A stretch of 64,000 bases of DNA from assembly GCA_008632985.1 (NCBI GenBank), contig QPGO01000016.1, positions 406,840-470,839 of the forward strand, written 5' to 3'. Of the stretch, positions 1 through 11,100 are shown one piece after another. The position numbers and the translations under genes were made by a program. Source of the DNA: Psammoneis japonica. Its lineage: Eukaryota. The notes beneath the pieces are model-generated. The model did not search any database. It was not told the origin of the DNA and saw only the letters and a list, made by a program, of their open reading frames with translations. Positions within the stretch are counted from its first letter, which is position 1; each line of letters begins with the position of its first letter.

Positions 1-1001
1 CTCGATGATGAAGTTGGTTGATTCCTTAGGTAGCTTACCTCCTTTTCTTCTTGGTCTTATAGATCCATGGTCGCCAGGTTTTCAAGGCGATTATGACCCA
101 GACTTTGACTTTGGCTGTGCAAATCGCTTTTGCTGCGACATGGATTGCTGCGGCGACGGCGCCATCTACGATGAGGATCTGCAGTGTTGCGTCCCAGAAG
201 ATGGTGAAATCTTTACTGTTTCTCCCACAATGGCCCCAACTACAAATGGCACAAACGAAACAGTCCCTTCTACTCCGAAAAAGCCCTTGAAGAAGATTCG
301 GATCTCGAAATTCTGCATTGAGGGAAGTCCGAGATTTCTTGAAGCGTTTGGCGGTGATCTCGAAGTGTATCTCCATCTCAATGCAGACCGAAGGTACTAT
401 CCAAAAATGGGACAAGATCCTGCTGAAGTAGATTTCAATGATTGCCTTGATGTGCCGCTGGCTGACTCCGGTGGCTTCGTTAACCACCCTAACTGGAAGT
501 CAATTTTTGTCGGTGTTGAAGACGTCGACGATTTGTCTTCAAATGACGTTGGGTCTGCAAATGCTCCTCCAGCCAAATGGTTCAATCCCATTTGCACGCC
601 TTACGAAGTTAGAATCTATTTAACATTTACCCCTGAAAAGCAGGTCACCCAGTGCTACTCTGTCAACATTACAACTTCGGGATTCTCTGCGGGTTTCCAA
701 CGTTGCGAAAACTTCACAGCTCCTGCAGAGAGTTTGCTCTGGATAGTTGAAGTGCACCCGCGCTGAGGAACTTTCTTTTTTTTTTCACCGTTGGTATGCT
801 TTTGTCGAATGTGATTCAGTATCCATAACGCGCGGTACGGGACCCGGTTCAAGCAGGGACAATCCGAGAAAGACAGTTGAAGCGAACGATTGCTATGTTG
901 ATCTATTTATCTGCATTATAAGATATATGTTAGAAGAAAAGCCGATAGCAGCTATAGAATTTTACCCAATGTGCTGTTGAGCTATCAACTTGGCTCGGCT
1001 A
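1..1001 (+). repeat. Direct segmental duplication, paired with ~5940-6946
   Basis: The coding part is nearly identical and the 3' flank is alignable up to ...tcggcta (1001 vs 6946), then diverges. Confidence 0.9.
63..766 (+). CDS. 3' exon of a secreted Cys-rich/C2-like protein, upstream tandem copy of the 5752-6705 gene (5' exon outside the window)
   Basis: Near-identical to 6002-6705. Acceptor ...cttatag ends at 62, at the same position as the intron in the second copy. CCDMDCCGDG module, PT-rich linker, VEDVDDLSSNDVG motif. Confidence 0.75.
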
Positions 1002-1189
1002 CGTCCCAGCCGAGACAAGTCGAATTCCTGCCTGTTGTCGCCGGGTCAGCTCTACTCCGGAAGCAAGGTAGCACATGATGGTCCCACACCGGTCGCGGAG
1101 CCGTAGGGAGGAGCCGCGAGAGTGCTTGACGACTGCATCCATGCTTCAAACGCGAACATGTCAAAATTACTTTTCGCTTTTCGCGGGCT

Positions 1190-3050
1190 GATCGGGAACC
1201 GCCTGCAAGGCCGCTTTCATTGCCCAAGCCCTCCCCCGACAACACACCCACCTCAAGGACAAACAAACCCAAAGCACACTCTTCCAATGATGTGCTGTCA
1301 CTTCGATCACTCACCTCCTCACCATGGATGTTTGCTTCCAGTCCTCCAGCAATCTGGACCCATTCCACTGGGCCTCCTCCCCTTTGCCAACGCCGTTGTT
1401 GGTGACTCTCTCTGCTTTGTGCCCCACCCGACTGCCACCTCTTTGCCTCCTCCGACAACAGCTCAACTGACAATCTTCCTTCCAGCCAATCTTGGCAGTG
1501 TTGGCTGCCAAGGCATTCCCACCTTGGCTGTCCCCTTTTCCCTTTTATCTCCCTCACCCATGCTCTCCGTGGTGTTGCCAAACAGGGCGTGTTCTCAATC
1601 TGCGACCAGAGCTTTGAAGCACCACCCAGCCAATCCTCTGTTCTTTCCTTCTTGGACTCATTCTCAACTCTGCCTTCATCTCTGCACCATCTTCTGCCTT
1701 CTCTTCCCAACACTCTTTCAACTTGACTCCCGCAGTTGCTCTGTGCTGTCCTCAACCACAACCTCTGAGGCTTGTCTCAATGTGCCCCTTTTTCAATGCC
1801 ACCCACCCTTCAGCTGGTCCTTCTCTCCCCTCACCAGCCTTTGCCTCCACTCTCTTTCTTGAGCCTTCCCAAGTTGCTGCCTCTCATCAACTCAGTTTGC
1901 TCTTCTCCTCTGCAACTCTGCAACTCTGCCTCCCTGCCATTCCTCCCAGTCCATGGAACCTCCGTTTCTCCTGTGGACACTCCCACCCTGACCCCTTTGG
2001 TGACCATGCCTTTTCACATGACTTCTCACTTTTGAGTTGCTTGTGCCCACGATGCTGCCTGTGCCACCATTGAGGCTCCACCCCCCTCCACCTTGAACCC
2101 ACTGTCCCATTTCCCAACAATCCTCTCAAACATCCTGCTGGTGCATGTGGGAGTTCAACTTGCACTCCCAGGTTTGCACCCCCCCCNNNNNNNNNNNNNN
2201 NNNNNNNNNNNNNNNNNNNNNNNNNNNNNNNNNNNNNNNNNNNNNNNNNNNNNNCGGCTCCTCCCTGTCCTGAACCTGGTTTGCACACCCCTCCCACGCA
2301 ACTTGTCAAGGCTCACCTCAGCAGCACCTGGGAAAGGCTTCTTGGGCACAGCACTCCTGTGAATGGCTCCTCCATCTTCTCTGCCATCAGTCAACCAAGC
2401 CTCTTCCTTTTCCTTTTGCCCTTGGCTGACCACCTTGGCAGCATGGGTTGCCACTTTCACACTTTCTTCTGTGGCCACTCCCATGGTGCTTTCTCTTCTG
2501 TCTCTCGCTGCTGCCTCCTGAGCTGCCTTGGACAAGCAACCCCTCCATTTTCCCCCTTTTCAACCTGTCAATTTTCCCTCCTCTTGCCAACAAACCTCCT
2601 TGCCCAAGCCACCACTGCCCAGAGGCAGCTCTCTCCTGACCATTTTGGCTCCTCCTGTCATGCCTCCACACTCCCCAGTCATGGGCCACTCCTCAGCTCC
2701 TGAGCCTCAAATTTGGTCTTGCCCTTTTGCCCACCTTTTTGCTGCCCACCAACCCTTTTTGCATCAACTCCCCACCACCTCTGCTCTCATGTCTGTCTGC
2801 ACCAGAGGTGCACAAATCGTCTGTTGTTGTTTGCACATGCGCATTTGCACACTCAGCGTGCGCACGAACAAGGGCAACAACAGACAATTTGTGCACCTCT
2901 GGTCTGCACCTCCAGCCCCACCTTCTTCTCAGCTTCTCCCTCTGCCCTCTGCCACACACCCTGCACCATCCTTTCCCCTGACTCTTCTGCACCTCAAGGG
3001 TGCAAATCCTCTTGTTTTTCCAATGTGCATCATTTGCAAATAAAAGCAAA
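1190..3050 (+). mobile_element. 5'-truncated, degenerate CRE-like non-LTR retrotransposon (RT C-terminus, CCHC finger, restriction-like endonuclease)
   Basis: Fragmented motifs in the expected order: LKDKQTQSTLF.CA..I.HLL (~1250-1320), IFLPANLGSVG (LPxxxGGxG, ~1473-1506), SCGHSHPDPFGDHAFS (CxCG..DxxGxH, ~1969-2016), KAHLSS...LLPLADHLGSMG (PF.V...GG.G, ~2310-2450). A-rich 3' end at ~3040. Confidence 0.65.
2187..2254. other. Assembly gap (68 N)
   Basis: Run of N following a poly-C tract. Confidence 1.
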
Positions 3051-4849
3051 AAACCTGCCACAATGTTTTGATGCAGTGTGGCTCAATTCTGGAAAAAATT
3101 CCTCCAGAGTGCACTCTGCACTGACTGTGTGTGCAACATGACAATGGCCAAAAAATGCTGTTTGTTGAACAGTGCAATGCAGGTGGGGAGGCTGGCATCT
3201 GTTCTCACAATGTTGTTTGTGACACAAAGGCCTGTTGTGTTGTGAAAACAGACACTGGCAGCCCCACTGCATTTTTGAGAATGAACAACATTTTGGCCAT
3301 TGTTGCATTGTTTGTAAGGTGCAGCAAGTTATGAAAACAAAGGAGCCTGACCCTTTGTGGACTTTCTGCATTTCAAAATCTCAGTTGATTTTCACAAAGG
3401 TGTGCAGCAGCCCATCCACATAAAATCAATTGCTGCCCAATCATGCTTTGTGGCTTCTCTGGCGCACCTTTTCCAATGATCAGGTTGCAATTCAAAAACC
3501 ATCACAATGGCAAAAATAACACTTGTCTCTGCAATGCTCATCTCAAAGACAATTGGCCTGACACCACCAACAGCCCCTGTCCTGCAACTGACATGCACAA
3601 CTCATGATGTTGTGGTTGTTGAAAAAGGTGGCATGTTGAGTTGCAGTTGTGCATCTTGAGTTGAGGAACACCGCCACACAAAAAAGAACATTGAGTTCTG
3701 CACACATGAATGACAAGCAGAAAGCCAGGGTTTGTGTGCTTGGAAGAGTGCTCTGGTCATCAGCAAGCCCGCTGGCTTTGAACATGCTAATTTCTGCTTG
3801 GAGTTCTTGTGCTCCTGCAGCAGCATGTTTTTGGTGTTTTGGCAGCATTTGCCTCTCTTTGTCTTTTGCCCACAGTGCTCTGTTTTGTCTCATGTTCTGC
3901 AGCAAGGTGGCAATGCTGTGTCATTTGCAGTTTGATTTTTTTTTAGTGAGACATGGATTGAGAGCTGTGGTTTGAGGGGGCAACCTGAGCCAGCACTGCC
4001 AATCATTTGGGAGTGCCACAGGCGCCACTTTCACATTGTTTGTGCACAACAGATCACCTTGACAAGACTCACATGCAACAGTTGTGGACTGCTGTCATGC
4101 ATTTGATTCATTTGGTGATGTGCCCCCTTGCAGCTGGAAATCAATCTTGCATCTCATCCTCGCTGTTGGTTGTTGGGGGCATGCTGGAGCTGTGTCAGCT
4201 GTGTTGATTGTGCAAGACAGCTCTTGACTTGGAGCTCACCAAAAACACTTGGAATGACTTTTGTGTGAACGGTTTTTGTGCACTTGTCTCACATCACAAC
4301 ACTGCAACAGAAGCAGCAATGCTGGAAAACCTGCTGTTTGTGTCAATTTCGCACTGTTGCTCTGCTTGGAACTCAACAACTGCTGGAGTGACTTTTGTGT
4401 GTCAACTTGGTTTGTTTTAACATGTTGGTTTGGTCTGGTCATGGGAAATCTTGTCTGGAGATTTGTGACAGAAGCAAGTGGAGGCTGGGTCACCAAACCA
4501 GTTAGTGGCCATTGCAGGCAACAAGTCAAAGGGTGCAAAGCCCTTCAAACCAACACTGTGAGCATTTTAAAAAGTGCAGCCACAATGTTCAGCAGTTCAG
4601 TGCAGTCACCATGGGCACAGACAAAAGGCAGTTTTGGGGAAAGCACAAAAATCCAGGGACAAAGCTGAGAACATGCTCGGCCATTTTTTCCTGTCAACTC
4701 TGCATTTCCTCAAGTTGAGAGTGCATTGATCCTTCCCACTCAAAGCTTGGATGCCAAGAAAGGTCTTTTTTTGTTGTTGCACTCATTTTTGCTCATGGAG
4801 AAGAACTTCTGTTCAGCTCCACTGTCCCCACACGCCACACAAGCCAAAG

Positions 4850-5540
4850 ATTGTGAACCTCCTCCTCCCTCCCACACACACAACAACAACACCAGCAATG
4901 TGCAAACAGTCAGAAGAAGTTGTGTGGCAGGCATGGTTGGGTCAGGGTGTGTGCAAGAGTCCGTGGCGGCTGGGTGGCAGAGAGCAAGAAAGGCAGGAGG
5001 TGTGGACAGATGGGCAAGAAGAAGAAGCAAAGTGGTGCTGCAAAGAAAAGACAGAGAGGCAGGTGCAGGCACATGGCTGCAAAGCTGAGGAGTTGAGCAG
5101 CCCTGGGCTGGGGGCAGAAGAGCAGTGGTTGGAGCCAAAGCACTCAGAAGAAAGCCATGGGGGGAAATGTTGGTTTGAGCAAGGAGGTCAATCAGCGGCG
5201 GGGGTCAGCCAAGGTGGTTTGTGGGAGAGGCGGAGCAGAAGAAGAAGAGTTGTTGTGTGAGTGACCAAAAAGAAAGGTGTGGAAATGGCGACCAATGCTG
5301 CCCAAGTGATCGAGGGCAAACGGGAGAAGAAATGAGCCAGCTTGGTTGACGGCATCAATGACATGGGGGGAACAGAGCCGTCAGTGGAGGGAGCATTCTT
5401 GCATCCCAGAGAAGCCTGTCCTGGGCACTGCTGAGGCAGATGAGCCTTTGCAAGAAGATTGGAAGGGGCAGGCAAACCAGGTGCAGGGTGGGGAGCAGGG
5501 ATGGCACAGGATGATGATCAGTGGCTCTCTGCGTGCAACG
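4850..5540 (-). mobile_element. Second CRE-like LINE 3' fragment, inverted relative to 1190-3050
   Basis: Minus strand reads LAKAHL.SSA...FLLPFALDHLGSIGRHFHTFLFGHSH, homologous to LVKAHLSS...LLPLADHLGSMGCHFHTFFCGHSH at 2300-2483. Confidence 0.7.
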
Positions 5541-5751
5541 TTTTGAATTTGAACTGACCGACATAGCAATTCTTAACGGTCCGACGCGGCACTATCGCGA
5601 ATAATTACAGAAATTTTTGTCCTCGTATCTGGAGAAGCAAATAATTCTTACGATGACCAAATTTTCATTTTGAAATTTTGACTTCAAATCTCCGCGAAGA
5701 CCCACAAAAACGCGACACAACGACGTACACACAAAATCAACAAAAAGCGTC

Positions 5752-6705
5752 ATGAGGTTGTCTGCATCAAGCGCTCTATTCATCGCAGTTAGCTTTCAAC
5801 TTGCCCATCATAACTTTGGTCAGGAATGCGAACTAAAAGGGTGCTGCGAGGGCGATTGCTGTTCCCCAGGTCTATACTGGGACTTTACCCAGAACTTATG
5901 CTTACCTGGTCAGTTTCTAGTCTGGAGACATGTAATAATTTTAATGATTACATTGGCTGATTCCTTGCAAAGCTTATCTCCTTCTTTTCTTGGTCGTACA
6001 GATCCATGGTCGCCAGGTTTTCAAGGCGATTATGGCCCAGACTTTGACTTTGGCTGCGTAAATCGCGTGTGCTGCGACAGGTATTGCTGCGGCGACGGCG
6101 CCATCTACGATGAGGATCTGGAGTGTTGTATCCCAGAAGATGGTGAAATCCTGACTGTTTCTCCCACAATGGCCCCAACTACAAATGGCACAAACGAAAC
6201 GCTCCCTCCTACTCCGAAAAAGCCCTTGAAGAAGATTCGGATCTCGAAATTCTGCATTGAGGGAAGTCCGAGATTTCTTGAAGCGTTTGGCGATGATCTC
6301 GAAGTGTATCTCCATCTCAATGCAGACCGAAGGTACTATCCAAAAATGGGACAAGATCCTGCTGTAGTAGATTTCAATGATTGCCTTGATGTGCCGCTGG
6401 CTGACTCCGGTGGTTTCGTTGACCACCCTAACTGGAAGTCAATTTTTGTCGGTGTTGAAGACGTCGACGATTTGTCTTCGAATGACGTTGGGTCTGCGAA
6501 TGCTCCTCCAGCCAAATGGTTCAATCCCATTTGCACGCCTTACGAAGTTAGAATCTATTTAACATTTACCCCTGAAAAGCAGGTCACCCAGTGCTACTCT
6601 GTCAACATTACAACTTCGGGATTCTCTGCGGGTTTCCAACGTTGCGAGAACTTCACGGCTCCAGCAGAAAGTTTGCTCTGGATAGTTGAAGTGCACCCGC
6701 GCTGA
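5752..6705 (+). CDS. Secreted Cys-rich protein with PT linker and C2-like C-terminal domain; probable intron 5909-6001
   Basis: Signal peptide MRLSASSALFIAVS, two CC..DCC modules, TVSPTMAPT linker, V.D.DD.S.ND.G resembling a C2 Ca-binding loop. 93-nt GTCAGT...TACAG intron that is in frame. Confidence 0.75.
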   Translation: MRLSASSALFIAVSFQLAHHNFGQECELKGCCEGDCCSPGLYWDFTQNLCLPGQFLVWRHVIILMITLADSLQSLSPSFLGRTDPWSPGFQGDYGPDFDFGCVNRVCCDRYCCGDGAIYDEDLECCIPEDGEILTVSPTMAPTTNGTNETLPPTPKKPLKKIRISKFCIEGSPRFLEAFGDDLEVYLHLNADRRYYPKMGQDPAVVDFNDCLDVPLADSGGFVDHPNWKSIFVGVEDVDDLSSNDVGSANAPPAKWFNPICTPYEVRIYLTFTPEKQVTQCYSVNITTSGFSAGFQRCENFTAPAESLLWIVEVHPR

Positions 6706-7325
6706 GGAACTTTCTTTTTTTCACCGTTGGTATGCTTTTGTCGAATGTGATTCAGTGTCCATAGCGCGCGGCACGGACAGGGTTCAAGCAGGGACAATCC
6801 GAGAAAGACAGGCGAAGCGAATCATTGCTAGGGCCTATGTCGTATTATTAATTTGCATTATAAGATATATGTTAAAAGAGTTGCTAGCAGCTATTCATAT
6901 TGAATTTTATACACTATCCTGTTGAGCATTCGACTTGAGTCGGCTAAAGAGGCACGTGTTAACCACTGAAAGGAATGAACACAAGTTGTGCGTTTCCTCG
7001 AAAAAGTATGACTAGCTAGAAAAGACGAACTGTGGTAAGTAAGTTGCCCATTCCGTGGGTGCCATACAGTACGATGATTCTTCTCACTCCAATTGTCTTG
7101 ATGAGTGGAGTAGCACGATCGTCTAAGATTGATACGTGGACCAACTGAGCCTAAATAATTAACGCGAAACTTTCTTCGAACTTCAATGCAACGTAGAAAC
7201 AGCCCACGCCACGTAGATTTCTACGTGTCGTGTACCACGGCGCCTCCATTGCAGACAGAAGAATCTCTTCTACTAGTTCGAGTGCTCTCACAATTTCTGA
7301 ATTGCTCGTCAGTTCACAGTCCATC

Positions 7326-8354
7326 ATGAAAATCATGAACTTTGTCCTTGCCATCATTGTCGCCATGAGCGCTGGTGCCATCATCAGCCCTCTCTCTGTC
7401 TCGTTTGTTGATACGGCAAAGCGCTGCGTTAGCTCCTTGTCGATCAAGGCAGCCGCGGCGACCGACAGCATCGCCACGATCAACCAAGAGTTCCTACGCA
7501 AGTTTTTGGACAACACCCGTTACTCAGATATTGATACCACCTCAAGCTACTACCATAAAATCATCACCAACGCCGCTCCCAGCACTGTTCCCTTCGAAAA
7601 CGCCATCATTATTTCCAGCTTTTGCGTTTATTTTGACGACGGCGACAAGTCTCCGAGTCGCGTCCAAGACCTCCTACGCAATACCACGCCCACGAATGTA
7701 CCAGCAGAAGACGCCAACGAGTACTGTGTCTATGAATATTTTGTTCAGCACAACAATGGCGACTCCAACGGCAGCCTCCAGCAACTCTTTCACAACACCA
7801 CTCCCGACAGTACGGTTGAGACCAAGTCAGTCCCGTTCCAAGATACGTTCACGATATTTTTGGAGATCCAGTCGGCCTTCTTGTCGGACACGTTCAGCAT
7901 CTTTTCGGATATCAAGTCGGAAGCTTTTCAGCTTTGGTGGAAACTTGTAGACTTGATTTCGAACGACGTCATCTCGCAAATCCAGACTCAGGCTCGCGTT
8001 CTGCAGGAACGCGATATTTTTTTGCCGTTTCGGAACCCAATCTTGTCTAACCATCTCTCTGAGATCAAATCGAGTGTTGGACACTGGGGGAAGAAAGTTT
8101 TGGAGATAGCAAAGACTCGGGCGAACCCAATTTTGTCTGACTGTCGCTCTACCATGGAGTGGAAAGCCAAATATTGGGGGACGAGAGTTTTAGATACGTC
8201 GATTCATGTGATGAACGTTCTTCAAGATTCCGTGCCAATTCCGAAACCCCGTGAAGGACCCGAGAATGCTGTTGAGGTTCCGGCACCTGCCATTGAAAGT
8301 TGGCTCACGATTTTGAAACAAATCAGGCTCGCCTTTCGAATCGGCGTTTTTTAA
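7326..8354 (+). CDS. Hypothetical protein with N-terminal signal peptide
   Basis: Long ORF starting MKIMNFVLAIIVAMSAGA. No recognised domain. Confidence 0.55.
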   Translation: MKIMNFVLAIIVAMSAGAIISPLSVSFVDTAKRCVSSLSIKAAAATDSIATINQEFLRKFLDNTRYSDIDTTSSYYHKIITNAAPSTVPFENAIIISSFCVYFDDGDKSPSRVQDLLRNTTPTNVPAEDANEYCVYEYFVQHNNGDSNGSLQQLFHNTTPDSTVETKSVPFQDTFTIFLEIQSAFLSDTFSIFSDIKSEAFQLWWKLVDLISNDVISQIQTQARVLQERDIFLPFRNPILSNHLSEIKSSVGHWGKKVLEIAKTRANPILSDCRSTMEWKAKYWGTRVLDTSIHVMNVLQDSVPIPKPREGPENAVEVPAPAIESWLTILKQIRLAFRIGVF

Positions 8355-9320
8355 GTGCCCGTAAGCATTGGATGTCATGTGGGAGAAAATGCAGTCAAGA
8401 CGTTAGTGAGTCTCGATTAGCATCGAGGGGATATATGTTATTAGTTAGCTTCGAGCAGAAAGTATAGTACAACAAATTGACTATCGTTCACTTTTCTACC
8501 GTAGAGTTTGCCACTTTGTCTACCAGTCCTAACACCACTTCATCTAGCTCCGCCACTTGCAGTAACCGTCCTATCACCTTGGCCACGTTATCGGCGTCCT
8601 CAATTAGACGGATCCATCAAATTGGCCTGACCGTCAAATAAAGTGTAAATATCTCGAATATGTTCGGCAAATAGAAGTTCACAATCTCTACGAGAAAAAG
8701 ATGTAAACTCCCTACACGAGCCAGTCCTCTTGAGTTGGTACCGCACGTAAATGCAACTTTCACGATGGTACCAGAATTGAAGAGGTGATTGTAGAGTCAG
8801 TTCCACAGTCCAAGGTTGTTCTCCAGGCTCCATATCCAATGTTTCCTCTCAAGAATCTAACGATTGAGTTGTAACTACACTCTGAATCACGCACTCGAAC
8901 CATGGTTGTCATGCCAATGAATTATTCCGTCCGCATGGGACCCTTGGGTTGGCTCCTGGAAAAATATTGTTTTTTATATCCAGAGTTACACAAAGTCATG
9001 TGGAAAATTCGGTCTCGAGCACCATCGTCTCAAGACTGGCGAAGTTGTTGGACCACACACGGATCTCTCCGTATACAAACAAGAATAGTTCTTGGTACGC
9101 CCCATTTCTCTGAATATCATCAACATATTTTTTCTAAATACTCTTCATTCTCTGCTACTGTTAAACGAACGTTTTCACTTGTCCACCAACATAAAAAGTA
9201 AGATCACGAATGCACATTGATCCCAAACCTTCTTGAAACATGAAATATATACTCAATCGAGCGTGCTGTTGCAACACGCACGAGCCAAAGGAAAGAGGAG
9301 TCCAGAGAGTGGAGCGACTC

Positions 9321-10223
9321 CTACTTGAAACCGGCTGCATTCTGGTTGACCCAATCTTGAATAGTCATTGCCTTTTCACCCGTGATTGCTTCAAAATCTC
9401 CGGTATTGGCTTGGTTGGTGAGTTCACTGTCATCGTCAATCAACTTGAACAACTCCAAAATGCCGTCCACTTGCCACTCGGGAAAGCCCTTGGAGGCAAA
9501 GGCTTCCTTGGCCGCGTTGTAGTGGACCGTCGTTGGCTTGACGGGTTTGCCAAGAGCCGCGGTGAAGGCTTCCGCCATGTCGTTGAGCGAGTAGGCCGGC
9601 GAAACAATGTTGTACGTCTTGTCCACATGCTTGTCGGGATTGGCTAAAATGTCCGCCGCCGCCTTGCCAATGTCACTCACCGTCGCGGGCGTGTGCATCT
9701 TGGAGGGATCGCGAGGGTCGTAGAAGGTTCCCTGCTCCTTGATGGATTCGGCGTTGAGAAAGTTATTGTCAATAAAGAGAGGAAGGCGAATAATGGCAAA
9801 AGACAAGTCGAGCGACTTGGCCTTTTCTTCAATCTGTCCGAACTGCTGACCAAAGATCGTATCGGTACCGCAGGTCAAGACAGAGACGAGCAGCACAAAG
9901 TTGACATTCGCCTCCTTGGCAGCCTCGAGAGCGTTGATGGCAAGCTTGGCTCGGTCTTCTCTGCCCGGCACGACAATAAAGACTCGGTCAAATCCCTTGA
10001 GCGATTCCGTCAACCCGTCCTTGCTGACGCCCATGTCAGCCATGACGGCCTTGACACCTTCTATGGCTTCAAACTTTTCCGGGTCACGCGTGCCGGCAAA
10101 GGTGGCGACCTCTTTGCCGTGACGTTTGGTGAGAGACTCGAGAGTTGCCTTGCCTACATAGCCAGAGGCTCCGAGGACAAGAACCTTGGGATTTACTTGA
10201 CTTTTGGATAGTCCGCAGCCCAT
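9321..10223 (-). CDS. NmrA-like / atypical SDR NAD(P)-binding oxidoreductase
   Basis: VLVLGASGYVG Rossmann motif, GFDRVFIV, IIRLPLFIDN, SDIGKAAADIL. N-terminus MGCGLSK. Confidence 0.85.
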   Translation of the reverse strand: MGCGLSKSQVNPKVLVLGASGYVGKATLESLTKRHGKEVATFAGTRDPEKFEAIEGVKAVMADMGVSKDGLTESLKGFDRVFIVVPGREDRAKLAINALEAAKEANVNFVLLVSVLTCGTDTIFGQQFGQIEEKAKSLDLSFAIIRLPLFIDNNFLNAESIKEQGTFYDPRDPSKMHTPATVSDIGKAAADILANPDKHVDKTYNIVSPAYSLNDMAEAFTAALGKPVKPTTVHYNAAKEAFASKGFPEWQVDGILELFKLIDDDSELTNQANTGDFEAITGEKAMTIQDWVNQNAAGFK

Positions 10224-10330
10224 CTTTTGGAATTCTGTTGTTTTATGGGAGACGACAAACGGCGAAGCGAACAGCAAACCTTACAGCGAACACAGAATAA
10301 TATTTGTTTGTTCTTTTGTGTTGTTCGTAT

Positions 10331-10652
10331 TACTACGAATTGCTGAACAATTGCGCGATACACGTGCCCGAACGATGATTGTTGCTTCGGGCACGAAATT
10401 CGAGCTTCGCGCACGTAGAAACCGTAGAAAATGTACCAGCATTCGAGAATGTCCGATTTGTGTAGATCACGTAGCACAGTACCACGAGGTCATTTGATGA
10501 AATTCCCTCGACGACTCATACGACTACAATGAGATTTTCTATACCATGTGCTATGTAGAATGGACATCTGCGCGAAGGGAGAATGTTGCTTCGGGCAACG
10601 ATATTCGACCTTCGGGCACGTGAATCGCGCAATTGTTCAGCAATTCGTAGTA
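10331..10652. mobile_element. MITE (322 bp) with 42-bp terminal inverted repeats ending in TA (Tc1/mariner-type TSD)
   Basis: tactacgaattgctgaacaattgcgcgatacacgtgcccgaa (10331-10372) matches the reverse complement of 10611-10652 at 41/42. Internal direct repeat gttgcttcgggca at ~10381 and ~10585. Confidence 0.8.
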
Positions 10653-11100
10653 TACGGTAGGAACGGAGAGGTGTGTCCGAGCAGAAGATCTTTTTTCAGT
10701 TCGCCGACATCACCTTTCCGTTGAAATAGAAAATTATGTCCGTTGTGTTTCAAATTTGATATTATGAAAAAAAATTACGTATATTAATACACTTACTCCG
10801 CGAAAGATTTGGATCTTTGGACGGATATCCACGACTTCACTCTCGTATCCCATGCAAGCCCTACTCTACTCTCTCTGCTACCGGTAGCTACTCTCTAGCT
10901 AGTAGCTAGAGTTGCGTCTAGGCGAGCAACAAGTAGCCACAGAATGCAGCTCTACCATAAGTATAGTTTAGATGATATGCAAGAGATAAGTCCTCTTGAG
11001 TGACTAGACTGTCGGATGCAATAGTCGCTGCATGCCGGCGTATAACCAAAGTGAAGTCTCACAGTCAAGACGAACAACGCCCATACCGGTATACCAGCAG

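Larger units (their letters stand above)
1200..5540. other. TpA/CpG-depleted island 1 (two CRE-like LINE relics around an unassigned degenerate middle, ~3050-4840)
   Basis: TA and CG are rare and CA/TG abundant. Normal composition returns abruptly at ~5540 and left of ~1200. Confidence 0.9.

Noticed and set aside
1200..5540. Classical fungal RIP as the cause of the islands
   Set aside because: RIP raises TA and lowers CA/TG. The islands show the opposite, and linked duplicates are unaffected.
5909..6001. Continuous 317-aa ORF as the true protein
   Set aside because: The 93-nt segment has GT...AG ends and is more diverged between the two copies than the exons, so it is an in-frame intron.
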